Positions 27,935 through 37,942 of a stretch of 64,000 nucleotides of DNA are shown piece by piece. This DNA comes from Dehalococcoidia bacterium. Its GTDB lineage: Bacteria; Chloroflexota; Dehalococcoidia; Bin125. The position numbers and the translations under genes are program-made. The DNA is taken from positions 2,023,043 to 2,087,042 of the forward strand of contig OZ220495.1 in the NCBI GenBank assembly GCA_965116225.1, read 5' to 3'. Position 1 is the stretch's first letter. Each line of letters begins with the position of its first letter. The notes under the pieces are model-generated. The model made no database searches. It was not told the DNA's origin and worked only from the letters and a program-made list of their open reading frames with translations.

Positions 27935-28782
27935 TGCAAGAAGAAGAATACGACGGGCAGGCCGAAGAGCAGCGAGTCGAGCCGGTCGAGCACGCCGCCG
28001 TGTCCGGGAATCAGGTTGGAGGAGTCCTTGACATCCATGGCGCGCTTGAACAGCGACTCGGCCAAGTCGCCCAGCTGGGATGCAATCGGCAGCATGGCGG
28101 CGAGTACGAGGAGCGGCCAGAGCTGGACATCGAGATTGAGCATCTGGTCCAGCGCCAGCGTTGCGCCAACGCCGCCGAGCCAGCCGAGGACAGCCCCTTC
28201 GACCGTCTTGTTGGGCGAGACCGACGCCGCCAGCTGCCGTCTGCCGAACATTCGACCGCCGGCGTATGCTGCTGCGTCGGTCGACATCACAGCGAGCACA
28301 GCCAACAGCATCCAGTCGGTTCCCTGCTCGACGGCACGAACGAGTATGAAGGTCGCGCCGGGAATCGCGAGGTACACGACCGCGCCAAACATCGTCAGAC
28401 CGGCGCGCAGGAGCAGCGACAACCGTTCCGGGTCCGGATCGGCGATGCTCCGAACGGCGACGATCGTGGTCATCGCGGCGATACCGAGACTAGCCGCAAG
28501 GATCGGCCAGAGCATCGGGATCTCAGCCTCGGCGGATGCGACCCCGATGATCGCGCCGATGGATGCAACCGCGACGAGGACGATCGGGCTATGGCGGTTG
28601 ATCCCGGCCGCGCTCGCGATCTCGCTGAGTGCGACGACCAGGCTTAGCGCCAGTAGTGAGGCGAACAGCGGACCGCCGACCAGGATGACGGCGACGATGA
28701 TCGGCATTCCCACGGCGGCGCTCGCCAATCGGAGCGCCAGGCCGCCTGCCAGCAGGCATCGTCGCCCCGATTCAGTCGCCAT
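27922..28782 (-). CDS. cdsA: Phosphatidate cytidylyltransferase
   Basis: SPNKTVEG, GDLAES.FKR..DVKDS..LIPGHGGVLDRLDS. Confidence 0.95.
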   Translation of the reverse strand: MATESGRRCLLAGGLALRLASAAVGMPIIVAVILVGGPLFASLLALSLVVALSEIASAAGINRHSPIVLVAVASIGAIIGVASAEAEIPMLWPILAASLGIAAMTTIVAVRSIADPDPERLSLLLRAGLTMFGAVVYLAIPGATFILVRAVEQGTDWMLLAVLAVMSTDAAAYAGGRMFGRRQLAASVSPNKTVEGAVLGWLGGVGATLALDQMLNLDVQLWPLLVLAAMLPIASQLGDLAESLFKRAMDVKDSSNLIPGHGGVLDRLDSLLFGLPVVFFFLQWTT

Positions 28783-29611
28783 GGGCGGGGCGCCCGCCGA
28801 AGTTGCGAGTGCGCAACGCGTAGGCGGCGAGCGCTTCGTCGATATCGCGCTCGCCGAAGTCCGGCCAGAAGGTGTCAGAGAAGACGTACTCGGCATAGGC
28901 TGCTTGCCAGAGCAGGAAGTTGGAGACGCGCTGGTCGCCGCCGGTGCGGATGATCAGGTCGGGATCGGGCAATTCGCGCGTGTAGAGGTAGTCGGCGAGG
29001 GTGTGCTCGGAGATATCGTCGGGGTTGACGCCGTCGGCGACGATGCGGCGCACGGCGTCGACCAGCTCGGCGCGGGCACCATAGTTGAACGCCACGCAGA
29101 CGGTCATGCGGTCGTTGTCGCGCGTCAACGCGATCGCTTCGTCGATCTTGCGGCGCAAGCGATCGTCCAGCGCGTCGAGTCTGCCGATGTAGCGCAATTG
29201 GATGCCCGCCTCGTGCAGCGGTTTGACCTCGCGGTCGATGGTGGACGACAGGATGCGCATCAGCCCTCGCACCTCCGGCCGCGGCCGATTCCAGTTTTCG
29301 GTGGAGAATGCAAAGAAGGTGAGGCAGCGCACGCTGCGCTCGGCGAAGGCCTCGATGGCGGCGCGAATGTTCTCGGTGCCGGCGCGATGGCCGTCGGTCG
29401 GCCTCAGTCCTCGCTGCGCGGCCCAGCGGCCGTTACCGTCCATGATCACCGCCACATGATGCGGCACACGGCGTGAGACATGGTGGGGGACGATGGAGTG
29501 ATCCGCGACCCGCGACCCGTTCACTGCCGTCGTCGTCGGTGCGAGGTAGGCGGGTTGCTGAGTGGACGGCTGGGTGGTCGCGTCGACGCGGGAAGCTAAT
29601 GGGCTGGACAC
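28772..29611 (-). CDS. uppS: Undecaprenyl/isoprenyl diphosphate synthase
   Basis: HVAVIMDGNGRWA, FSTENW.RP, DLIIRTGG..R.SNFLLWQ. Confidence 0.96.
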   Translation of the reverse strand: MSSPLASRVDATTQPSTQQPAYLAPTTTAVNGSRVADHSIVPHHVSRRVPHHVAVIMDGNGRWAAQRGLRPTDGHRAGTENIRAAIEAFAERSVRCLTFFAFSTENWNRPRPEVRGLMRILSSTIDREVKPLHEAGIQLRYIGRLDALDDRLRRKIDEAIALTRDNDRMTVCVAFNYGARAELVDAVRRIVADGVNPDDISEHTLADYLYTRELPDPDLIIRTGGDQRVSNFLLWQAAYAEYVFSDTFWPDFGERDIDEALAAYALRTRNFGGRPAHGD

Positions 29612-29613
29612 AG

Positions 29614-30186
29614 CTAAACCTCGAGGAGCTCGCGCTCCTTTTGACTGCCCGCAGCATCAACTTTAGCGATGAATCGGCCGGTGAGCGCGTCGAGATCGGA
29701 TTCGGCGCGTCGCTCTTCGTCCTGCGAGAGATCGCCGTCGCGCTGCATGCCGCGTAGATCGTCGTGGATATGACGTCGGACATTGCGAACCGCGACGCGC
29801 GCCGACTCGGTCTTCTGGTGCACGATCTTGACCAGGTCGCGTCGGCGCTCCTCAGTCAGTTCGGGCAGCGCCAGGCGAATCAGGACACCGTCCGATTGAG
29901 GGTTAATGCCAATGTCCGACTGCTGGATCGCCTTCGTGATCGGAGCGAAGGCGTTCTTGTCCCACGGCTGGATCGCGATCAGCCGAGCCTCCGGAGTCGA
30001 TATCGTCGCCAGTTGGTTTAGCGCCATGCTGGTTCCGTAGTAATCGACGCGGAGTTGGTCGACCAGCGATGTATGGGCGCGGCCGGTGCGGACGGCTATC
30101 AAGTCTCGCTCGAGTGCGCTCAGGGCACCCTCCATCCGCGAGCTGGCGTCGTCGAATGTCAGGTCGAGGAACTCGTTCTCGGACAT
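29614..30186 (-). CDS. frr: Ribosome recycling factor
   Basis: RTGRA...VDYYG...IQPWD...ELTEERRRDLVK; operon position. Confidence 0.97.
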   Translation of the reverse strand: MSENEFLDLTFDDASSRMEGALSALERDLIAVRTGRAHTSLVDQLRVDYYGTSMALNQLATISTPEARLIAIQPWDKNAFAPITKAIQQSDIGINPQSDGVLIRLALPELTEERRRDLVKIVHQKTESARVAVRNVRRHIHDDLRGMQRDGDLSQDEERRAESDLDALTGRFIAKVDAAGSQKERELLEV

Positions 30187-30243
30187 ATCGCGCTCCGCTC
30201 GCGCTGCCCAGCTCAGGGGATCAGGACCGATCGGGTCTCAGGC

Positions 30244-31002
30244 TCAGTCTGCCAGCATGGTGGCACCCTGATCGACTCGGGTCCCGGTCCGTTTCAGATC
30301 GGGACCGTCGACCACTGTCTTCACGATAGCGTCAGCCGATTCGATGTTGAACACTACGATCGGCAGCGAATGCTCTTCGCAGAGCGCGAGCGCCGACGCA
30401 TCCATCAGCACGCCGAGATTCTGTTGGAGCGCGTCGCGGTAGTTGAGTCGCACGTAGCGTGTCGCGGATGGGTCGACGGCCGGGTCCGCCGTGTAGACGC
30501 CATCGGTACCATGCTTGCCCATCAATAATTGGTCGGTGTCCAGCTCGATGCCGCGTAGCGCGGCCGCAGTATCGGTGGTGACGTAGGGATTGCCGGTGCC
30601 GCCGACGCAGAGCACAATCCGACCTTTCTCCAGGTGGCGGATCGCGCGACGGCGGATGAATATCTCGGCGACCTGGCGCACTTGCAGGGCGGACATGGTG
30701 CGAACCTCGCCGCCGTCGGCCTCGATCGCATCTTGCAACGCCAGCCCGTTGATGACCGTCGCCAGCATGCCGGCGTAGTGCGCGGTCGCCTCGGTCATGC
30801 CGAGCTTCGCCGCGAGGCGGCCACGGAACAGGTTGCCGCCGCCGACGACCACGCCGATCTGGACGCCGCGTTTGCGGCATTCGACGATTTGGCGCGCGAT
30901 ATCGTTGAGCGCGTCCGAATCGATGCCCGAGTCGCGTTGTCCCTGCAGTGACTCGCCCGAGACCTTGAGCACGACGCGCGGAACACGATCTGTTTCATCC
31001 AC
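30244..31002 (-). CDS. pyrH: UMP kinase
   Basis: VLKVSGESL, VVGGGN.FRG, GTGNPY.TTDTAAALR. Confidence 0.97.
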   Translation of the reverse strand: MDETDRVPRVVLKVSGESLQGQRDSGIDSDALNDIARQIVECRKRGVQIGVVVGGGNLFRGRLAAKLGMTEATAHYAGMLATVINGLALQDAIEADGGEVRTMSALQVRQVAEIFIRRRAIRHLEKGRIVLCVGGTGNPYVTTDTAAALRGIELDTDQLLMGKHGTDGVYTADPAVDPSATRYVRLNYRDALQQNLGVLMDASALALCEEHSLPIVVFNIESADAIVKTVVDGPDLKRTGTRVDQGATMLAD

Positions 31003-31036
31003 GACCCGCTCTCCCTTGCTCTACCTCATCCACTCC

Positions 31037-31059
31037 GTCGTTCCCGCGCACGCAGGAAT
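31037..31059 (+). repeat. CGTC-type REP-like palindrome, copy 2
   Basis: ctccGTCGTTCCCGCGCACGCAGGAAT, followed by hairpin GGGCGTC-TAGC-GACGCCC. Confidence 0.5.
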
Positions 31060-31132
31060 TTCGCTTGGACGCCTGAGGGGGCGTCTAGCGACGCCCGGAG
31101 CAGGTCGCGCTGTCCTGCGCCCTTGGACCGAT

Positions 31133-31627
31133 CTACTCGCCCATCTCGTATCTAGTGAAGCGGGCGACTTCGATCCGCTCCCCAATCGCGGCCACGACAT
31201 CGTTGATCCGATCGGCGATCGTCTGCGAACCGTCGCGGATGAATTCCTGGTCGAGCAATGCAACGGCGTCCGTATCGGCATCGGCGTCGAGGTCGTCGGC
31301 GCTGACGGCCGGGGGGTTCATCGAGGCGATCTGCATCGCGATGTCGTGAGCGAGGTTCTTGAACTGCTCGGTCTTGGCGACGAAATCGGTCTCGCACCGG
31401 AGATCGACGAGCACGCCGATACGTCCGCCGTGGATGTAGCTGTGGATCAATCCTTGACCAGCCGTCTTGTCGGCACGTTTGGCTGCGGTGGCGACGCCCT
31501 TGGCGCGGAGCGCGAGGCGGGCCTGTTCCATGTCGCCGTCGGCCTCGGTCAGTGCTTGTCGACAATCCATGACGCCGGCTCCGGTCTCAGCGCGCAGCGC
31601 CTTAATCTGATCAATCGTGATAGGCAC
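31133..31627 (-). CDS. tsf: Elongation factor Ts (short form)
   Basis: IKALRAETGAGVMDCRQAL, ETDFVA; GTG start; follows rpsB. Confidence 0.96.
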   Translation of the reverse strand: MPITIDQIKALRAETGAGVMDCRQALTEADGDMEQARLALRAKGVATAAKRADKTAGQGLIHSYIHGGRIGVLVDLRCETDFVAKTEQFKNLAHDIAMQIASMNPPAVSADDLDADADTDAVALLDQEFIRDGSQTIADRINDVVAAIGERIEVARFTRYEMGE

Positions 31628-31740
31628 GGGAGTTGCTCCTCTGAACAATGGTTGGGTTGTTGGTTGTTCGTAAGCGGGTGTCAAGTCGGAGGTCAGATGG
31701 GTGTATCCGTCAGTGCGCAGCGACGGGTTCGACTGATCCG

Positions 31741-32463
31741 CTACGCTTCGTAGTCGTCGCTCTCGACGGCGCTCTGCCGCATCATCCCGCCTGACAATGC
31801 CGCATCGGCGATCTGCGAGGTCAGCAGCCGCACAGCGCGGATGGCGTCGTCATTGGATGGGATTGGGAAGTCGATCAGATTTGGGTCCGAGTTAGTGTCG
31901 CAGACGGCGATGATCGGTATCTTCAGCCGATGCGCCTCGGCAACCGCGATGTGTTCGCGGGGCACATCGACAATGAACAGCGCCGCGGGCGGAGCGTGCA
32001 TATCGCGCAGGCCGCGCAGGTAGCGATGCAGGCGCGTGAGCTTGTCGCGCAGCCGCAGCGCTTCCTTCTTGGGCAGCAAATCGAGCTGGCCGGCTTCTTC
32101 ACGACGCTCGAGTTCGATCATGTAGTCGACGCGCTTGCGGATTGTCTCGAAGTTGGTCAGCGTGCCGCCCAGCCAACGGGTCACGACGTAGGGCATGTTG
32201 GCGCGGTCGGCCTCGTTGCGGATCACGTCCTGAGCTTGCCGTTTGGTACCCACGAACAGGATTTGCTGCCCGTTGGCGACGCGTTCGCGGGCGAATTCGG
32301 TCGCCTCGTCGAGCCGCGTTACCGTCTGCGCCAGGTCGAGAATGTGCACCCCATTGCGTGCCCCGTAGATGAACGGGGCCATTTTCGGATTCCAGCGGCC
32401 GGTCTGATGGCCAAAGTGGACCCCGGCCTCCAGCAGGTCGCGCATTGAGATCGATGTCGTCAT
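31741..32463 (-). CDS. rpsB: 30S ribosomal protein S2
   Basis: LLEAGVHFGHQT, RWLGGTLTNF, DTNSDP, PSNDDA. Confidence 0.98.
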   Translation of the reverse strand: MTTSISMRDLLEAGVHFGHQTGRWNPKMAPFIYGARNGVHILDLAQTVTRLDEATEFARERVANGQQILFVGTKRQAQDVIRNEADRANMPYVVTRWLGGTLTNFETIRKRVDYMIELERREEAGQLDLLPKKEALRLRDKLTRLHRYLRGLRDMHAPPAALFIVDVPREHIAVAEAHRLKIPIIAVCDTNSDPNLIDFPIPSNDDAIRAVRLLTSQIADAALSGGMMRQSAVESDDYEA

Positions 32464-32621
32464 CCGACTCCTCAGGGGGCTTGCTGATTCAAGTCGCGCC
32501 CATCCTGCGGCGCATGCTGACGTATTGATGAAGTATACGCAGGCACCTGTGCTACACGCACTGAGCGGAGCTTCGTGATAGCTTACCTAGTGTTGTCCGA
32601 TCATCTTTGCGGAGGAAGCGC

Positions 32622-32939
32622 GTGCCCCGCTACCTGTACGAGTGTTTCGAGTGCGGTCATACGGTGGAGAAGCTCGAGGGCTGGAGCGCCCCGGCGCAGC
32701 AGCCGTGTACCGAGTGCAACCATCAACTGCAGCGCATCCCCAGCCCGCCGGCTATCGTGTTCAAGGGCTCTGGCTGGTACTCGACCGACAGCAGGAAGAG
32801 CAACTGGAAATCGCGCCGCGATGAAGATCGCGCAGACGCCGCCGCCGCCGAGGGCGACGACAGCCAGCCGTCGGAGTCCGCCTCGATCAATAGCACCGCC
32901 CCGGCTGAGCGGGAAGTGTCGGCTGCCGCAACCGACTGA
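32622..32939 (+). CDS. FmdB-family zinc-ribbon protein
   Basis: P.Y.YEC..CG...C..C...FKGSGWY.TD; GTG start after GGAGG. Confidence 0.88.
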   Translation: MPRYLYECFECGHTVEKLEGWSAPAQQPCTECNHQLQRIPSPPAIVFKGSGWYSTDSRKSNWKSRRDEDRADAAAAEGDDSQPSESASINSTAPAEREVSAAATD

Positions 32940-32963
32940 GCGAGCCAGCGCCCGCACCCCGCG

Positions 32964-33428
32964 ATGAAACTCGTCCTGCAGCGCGTCGCGCGCGCATCCG
33001 TCACGGTTGAGGGATCCGTCGTCAGCTCAATCTCGCGCGGACTGTTGGTCCTCGTCGGAGTCGCAGCCGGTGATACCGAGTCGCAGGCGGACTCGCTGAC
33101 GGCCAAGGTCGCCAGGCTGCGAGTCTTCGCCGACGCCGACGGCCGCATCAACAAGAGCGTGCGCGATATCGGCGGCGGCGCGCTAGTCGTGAGCCAGTTC
33201 ACCCTGCAGTCCGACGTGCGTAAAGGGCACCGCCCCAACTTCACGCCCGCCGCCGCTCCCGACGTAGCGGAACGCTTGGTCGATCGCTTCGTCGCCTCGC
33301 TACGCGCGCAGTGCGTCCCGGTTCAGACTGGCGTGTTCGGAGCGATGATGTCGGTGGAACTCGTCAACGATGGACCCTTCACCATCGTGATCGATTCGTC
33401 TGATCTGGAACGACCGCGCCGCGGCTAG
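32964..33428 (+). CDS. dtd: D-aminoacyl-tRNA deacylase
   Basis: MKLVLQRV..ASV, SQFTL, FGAMM.V.LVNDGP.T. Confidence 0.96.
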   Translation: MKLVLQRVARASVTVEGSVVSSISRGLLVLVGVAAGDTESQADSLTAKVARLRVFADADGRINKSVRDIGGGALVVSQFTLQSDVRKGHRPNFTPAAAPDVAERLVDRFVASLRAQCVPVQTGVFGAMMSVELVNDGPFTIVIDSSDLERPRRG

Positions 33429-33495
33429 CACGACGCATGTTCCCTGCTGCATAACGTTGCTAGCGCAGGCGGTCCGTTTGTCAGTCGCCGTCCAG

Positions 33496-34359
33496 TCAGT
33501 CGATATCGACATCGAGCCCGATGTCCAGCGAGGGGGCAGAGTGGGTTAGCGCGCCGAGCGAGATGAAATCGACACCGGATTTGGCGATGTCGGGAATCCG
33601 CTCGATTGTGATCCTGCCGCTCGCTTCAGTGGCGGCGTGATAGACGCGTGCGACCTCTACCGCGGGTGGGAGATCGTTGAGGGGGAAATTGTCGAGCAGG
33701 AGGGCGGACGCGCCGGCATCGAGTGCATCGCGCGCCTCGTCGAGATTGGTCACCTCGACCTCGACGCCGGTTGCGGGCCCTACATTGGCAATCGCAGCGC
33801 GCACCGCGTCGCTCAGGCTGCCGCCGGCGAGCCGCACGGCGGCAATGTGGTTGTCCTTGATTAGCACGCCGGCGGCGAGGGAATCGCGGTGATTGAGGCC
33901 GCCGCCGCAGCGGACGGCGTAACGCTCGGCCGCCCTGAGGCCGGGCGTGGTCTTGCGCGTGTCGAGGATCCTGGTCCTGGTACCGGCGGCCGCGACTGCT
34001 CGGGCGGTGAGCGTGGCGATGCCGCTGAGCCGTTGCATCCAGTTGAGCGCAGTCCGTTCGGCGCGCAGGATCGGATCGAGCTGTCCGCCGACTTCCGCGA
34101 TAGGTTGGCCGACCGAGATGCGGTCGCCGTCTGATGCCTCAGGTAGAAACCGCACATCCGAATCGAGCGCGGCGAAGGCGGCCAACGCGAAGTCTAGGCC
34201 GCAAAGCACGCCGTCGGCGCGAGCCGTAATCCGCGCGCTGCCCTGATGCCAGTCGATCCACTTGCTCAGCGATTCGGTGGTCAGATCGAGGTCGGCGCGG
34301 TCTTCCGCCAGGGATGCGTCAACCAGTCGTTGCACGCTGGCTAGGTTGATCGCCGTCAT
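33496..34359 (-). CDS. nadC: Nicotinate-nucleotide diphosphorylase
   Basis: DTRKTTPGLR, NHR, LIKDNH, EVEV, LLLDN, GALTHSA. Confidence 0.96.
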   Translation of the reverse strand: MTAINLASVQRLVDASLAEDRADLDLTTESLSKWIDWHQGSARITARADGVLCGLDFALAAFAALDSDVRFLPEASDGDRISVGQPIAEVGGQLDPILRAERTALNWMQRLSGIATLTARAVAAAGTRTRILDTRKTTPGLRAAERYAVRCGGGLNHRDSLAAGVLIKDNHIAAVRLAGGSLSDAVRAAIANVGPATGVEVEVTNLDEARDALDAGASALLLDNFPLNDLPPAVEVARVYHAATEASGRITIERIPDIAKSGVDFISLGALTHSAPSLDIGLDVDID

Positions 34360-35852
34360 TCGCACGCCAGTCGCCAGAGGCTGTGTCGTCGCCAAGCTGG
34401 GTTGGGCTCGGGGAAATCGAGCCGATGGTGCGACCCGCGTGATTCGGTTCGCTTCAGCGCCGCTTGCGCGATCAGCCTTGCAGTGAGCGTCGCCAATGGC
34501 AGTGTCGGATGCTCGGGCTGCAAAGCGGGCTCTGACCAATCGTGGAATCGTTCGAGCGCAGCGCGCAGCTGAGGTTCGCTGCGTGCAATGCCGACGCATT
34601 CATCCATCAACGATCGCAACGTCGCGAACGATGGGGCGGAGCCGTCAGGACGCCAGCGGAGCGTAGTCGCGTCGCCGCCGGGCGCGCTCGCGGCGGGGAT
34701 GCCGTTTCGGATTGCGGCAGCGACGCGAGCCGAGAACACCGCCGCCTCGAGGAGCGAGTTGGACGCGACTCGATTCGCGCCGTGGACGCCCGTCGCGGCG
34801 CACTCGCCAGCAGCGTAGAGACCGGGAATCGTAGTGCGACCGTCGAGATCCGTGTACACCCCGCCCATGTGGTAGTGCGCCGCTGGCGCGACCGGGATCG
34901 GCCCAGCGGTCATGTCGTGTCCACGATCCAGCGCACCCCGGTAGACGCCGGGAAACCGACGACGCAGATAGGCGGCGTCGCGATGCGACATATCCAACAT
35001 CACGTGGTCGCGCCCGTCGCGGCGCATCGCCTCGGTGATGGCGCGGGCGACCACGGATCGAGGGGCCAGTTCGGCATCGGGGTGGATGCGAGTCATGAAC
35101 CGATCGCCGGCTGCGTCGAGCAACATCGCGCCTTCGCCTCGCAGCGCCTCGGAGATCAGGAATGCGCCATCATCCGATACCAACGCCGTCGGGTGAAACT
35201 GCATGAACTCAACGTCGCGTACCAGCGCCCCGGCGCGAAATGCCAGCGCGACGCCGTCGCCACTAGCGTTGGCGGGATTGGTCGTCGTGCGATAGAGGGC
35301 GCCGGCACCACCCGTCGCGAGGACGACTGCATCGGCGAGCAGCGTTTCATGGCTGTCGGCGACTACGCCGACGCAGCGTCCCGCCTCGATGGCCAGCTCC
35401 GTCGCCACGACGTTCGCCCGGACGTCAACCCGCGCCTCGGCGAGACGGCGCACCAGTGTGGTCTGGATGTGTAGCCCGGTCTGGTCGCCGCCGGCGTGGA
35501 GCACGCGAGCGGTGGAGTGGGCGCCTTCCGTCGCGAGCGCCGGAGAACCGTCCGCTTCGCGGTCGAACGCGACACCCAGTCGGTGCAACCGTTCGATTGC
35601 GGCTGGTCCGTCGACGGTCAGGGTCGTCACGGCCTCGCCGACGCAGAGCCCGGCCCCGGCGCGAATCGTATCCACTGCGTGCGTCTGCGGATCATCCAGC
35701 TCGGCGACGGCGGCGGCGATACCGCCCTGAGCTCGTTGCGTGTTGGTCTGTTCCAGGTCTTGTTTGGCGATCAACGTGACATCGGCGAATTCCGATGCCA
35801 ACAACGCCGCGTTGATGCCAGCCAGTCCGCTGCCGATGGTCAGGACGCGCAT
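34356..35852 (-). CDS. nadB: L-aspartate oxidase
   Basis: IGSGLAG, AQGGIAA, EGAHS..RVLH, QFHPT, AHYHMGG, HGANR.ASNSLLE. Confidence 0.95.
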   Translation of the reverse strand: MRVLTIGSGLAGINAALLASEFADVTLIAKQDLEQTNTQRAQGGIAAAVAELDDPQTHAVDTIRAGAGLCVGEAVTTLTVDGPAAIERLHRLGVAFDREADGSPALATEGAHSTARVLHAGGDQTGLHIQTTLVRRLAEARVDVRANVVATELAIEAGRCVGVVADSHETLLADAVVLATGGAGALYRTTTNPANASGDGVALAFRAGALVRDVEFMQFHPTALVSDDGAFLISEALRGEGAMLLDAAGDRFMTRIHPDAELAPRSVVARAITEAMRRDGRDHVMLDMSHRDAAYLRRRFPGVYRGALDRGHDMTAGPIPVAPAAHYHMGGVYTDLDGRTTIPGLYAAGECAATGVHGANRVASNSLLEAAVFSARVAAAIRNGIPAASAPGGDATTLRWRPDGSAPSFATLRSLMDECVGIARSEPQLRAALERFHDWSEPALQPEHPTLPLATLTARLIAQAALKRTESRGSHHRLDFPEPNPAWRRHSLWRLACE

Positions 35853-35870
35853 CGTCTCAGGCCGGCGTGA

Positions 35871-37088
35871 TTAGGTGATCGCCAACATGCGGTCAAGCGC
35901 GACGCGCGCCCATCGGCGCGTCTCGTCGTCGACGCGGATCGGATTGACAATGCGACCCGCGCTGAGCGCCTCGGTGACCCATGCCAGGTAAGCCGGGTGA
36001 ATCCGATACATCGTCGAGCAGGGGCAAACCACAGGGTCGAGGCAGAACGCGGTCTTGCCTTCGGGCGCGACCTCTTTGTTGAGTCGATGCACGAGATTGA
36101 TCTCGGTACCGACCGCATAGACGCCGGGCGGGCCGTTGCGCACGTAGTTGATGATGAACTCGGTCGAACCATCGGCGTCGGCGGCGTCGACGACCGGCTG
36201 CGGGCACTCCGGATGCACTACGACACGCACGCCGGGATGCTCGTCTCGCGCCTGCTCGATCTGGTCGACGCGGAAGCGGATGTGGACTGAGCAGTGTCCC
36301 TGCCAGAGCAGAATCTTGCTGTCGGCGATCCGCTCGGGCGAAAGCCCGCCGAGCGGCTTACGCGGACTCCACACGGCCGTCTGCGTTAGCGGGTCGACGC
36401 CCAACCGCTTGCCGGTGTTGCGGCCCAGGTGCTGGTCGGGAAAGAACAGTATCCGGTCGCCTTGCTCGAACGCCCACTCCAGCACGGCCGCGGCATTGGA
36501 TGATGTGCAGACCGCGCCGCCGTGTTTGCCGACGAATGCCTTCAGCGAAGCCGCTGAGTTCATGTATGTAATCGGGACGACGCGCTCCGTGTCGACGACC
36601 TTGCCGAGATCGTCCCAGGCGTCGTAGATATCTTCCGGCTGAGCCATATCGGCCATCGAGCAGCCAGCGGCCAGATTGGGTAGGAGCACCGTCTGTCGCG
36701 GCGTTGTGAGAATGTCGGCGCTTTCGGCCATGAAGTGGACACCGCAGAAGACGATGAACTCGGCCTGCGAATTTTGCCCCGCCTGTTGCGCGAGCTTGAA
36801 GGAGTCGCCGCGAAAGTCAGCGAACTCGATAATGTCGTCCCGCTGGTAGTGGTGACCCAGGATCAGGATTCGCTCGCCCAGCTGAGCGCGTGCTGCTCGA
36901 ATCCGCTCGCGCAACTCATCGCCCGACAGGCGTAGATACAGCTCGGGGATCTCGGATTGCCAGGCGGCAAGGTGCGGTTCTGCGACCAGCGGGATCGTCG
37001 CAATGTCGGTCTCGCACGCCTCATCGGGCAGATTCGGCGGCAGAATCTCGGGTACGTAGCTGGACTCCACGACGACGGCTTCGATCAT
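35871..37088 (-). CDS. nadA: Quinolinate synthase
   Basis: GHHYQ, FCGV.FMAE, AGCSMAD, TYMNS, C.VH, HPEC, CPC.TM. Confidence 0.96.
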   Translation of the reverse strand: MIEAVVVESSYVPEILPPNLPDEACETDIATIPLVAEPHLAAWQSEIPELYLRLSGDELRERIRAARAQLGERILILGHHYQRDDIIEFADFRGDSFKLAQQAGQNSQAEFIVFCGVHFMAESADILTTPRQTVLLPNLAAGCSMADMAQPEDIYDAWDDLGKVVDTERVVPITYMNSAASLKAFVGKHGGAVCTSSNAAAVLEWAFEQGDRILFFPDQHLGRNTGKRLGVDPLTQTAVWSPRKPLGGLSPERIADSKILLWQGHCSVHIRFRVDQIEQARDEHPGVRVVVHPECPQPVVDAADADGSTEFIINYVRNGPPGVYAVGTEINLVHRLNKEVAPEGKTAFCLDPVVCPCSTMYRIHPAYLAWVTEALSAGRIVNPIRVDDETRRWARVALDRMLAIT

Positions 37089-37108
37089 GACCCTGCGCCC
37101 CTATCGAT

Positions 37109-37127
37109 TAGTGTCAGATTGACACTA
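37109..37127. promoter_or_regulatory. Predicted NrtR operator
   Basis: Perfect inverted repeat TAGTGTCA-GAT-TGACACTA with GT-N7-AC core, about 20 bp upstream of nadA and just downstream of nrtR. Confidence 0.8.
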
Positions 37128-37251
37128 TCTATCTCAGGCATTCTTGCAAATTAAACGCGGTCCTGTCAAGGGTTGATTAAGCGAATCGCGGATTAAGTTG
37201 CTCGCAACATAACGAGAGATCGCGCATTGCCGCGCGTCGTCAGTGAGCGAT

Positions 37252-37926
37252 TCAGGAGCGGCTGCCGAACCGATACAACTGCGCCGGGCGATGTCGACCG
37301 TCGCTGCGCCTCTCCGAGGTGGGGGTAATGAAATCGGTCGCCAGCAATCGGCGGCGGAAGTTGCGCTTGTCCAGCGGACGACCCAGGATCGCTTCGTACA
37401 CCTCCTGCAACTCGCGCATCGTGAATCGCGCAGGCAGCAGCGAATAGGCGGCGTCGGTGTACTGCAGTTTGTTGATCAGCCGTGTGCGGGCGACCTCGAT
37501 CGCCCGTTCGTTGTCGAACGCGAGCGGCGGCGTCTCGCCCAGGTTCCACCAGGCTGGGCGCCAGACGGTGCGCCGGGCCAGACGCACGCGCGACGAATCG
37601 ACGAGTGCGAACCAGGACACCGCGACGCTTCCATCTTGCGGCGACGGGTCGAGGTCGCCGAAGGTGTAGAGCTGTTCGAGGAATACGTCGGTGACTCCGG
37701 TCTCTTCGGCCAGCTTGCGGCTGGCGGCTTGCTCGAGCGATTCGCCGTGCTGTAACGCACCACCCGGGATCGCCCAACAACCCTCAGCCGGCGGGGCCGA
37801 GCGCTCAATCAGGAGCACCTGCAACGCGCCATCGACGACGGTGAAGATCACGACCAGCACCGTGACCGCGGGTCGGCGCGCGCCGGGCGGCACGGGTTCC
37901 TCGTCCGTTCGCGCCCTGGTTGTCAT
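37252..37926 (-). CDS. nrtR: NrtR transcriptional regulator (Nudix + winged helix)
   Basis: WAIPGG...ES...A.RKLAEETG Nudix box; FTMREL..VYEAILGRPLDKRNFRR wHTH; adjacent to nadABC. Confidence 0.92.
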   Translation of the reverse strand: MTTRARTDEEPVPPGARRPAVTVLVVIFTVVDGALQVLLIERSAPPAEGCWAIPGGALQHGESLEQAASRKLAEETGVTDVFLEQLYTFGDLDPSPQDGSVAVSWFALVDSSRVRLARRTVWRPAWWNLGETPPLAFDNERAIEVARTRLINKLQYTDAAYSLLPARFTMRELQEVYEAILGRPLDKRNFRRRLLATDFITPTSERRSDGRHRPAQLYRFGSRS

Positions 37927-37942
37927 GATCGCGCCTGGTCGT

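Noticed and set aside
26129-29476. 1115-aa plus-strand ORF
   Set aside because: Antisense shadow of rseP, dxr, cdsA and uppS in high-GC sequence; no motifs.
31133-31627. tsf as a truncated pseudogene
   Set aside because: Short EF-Ts forms are normal in several phyla, and the key motifs and operon position are intact.
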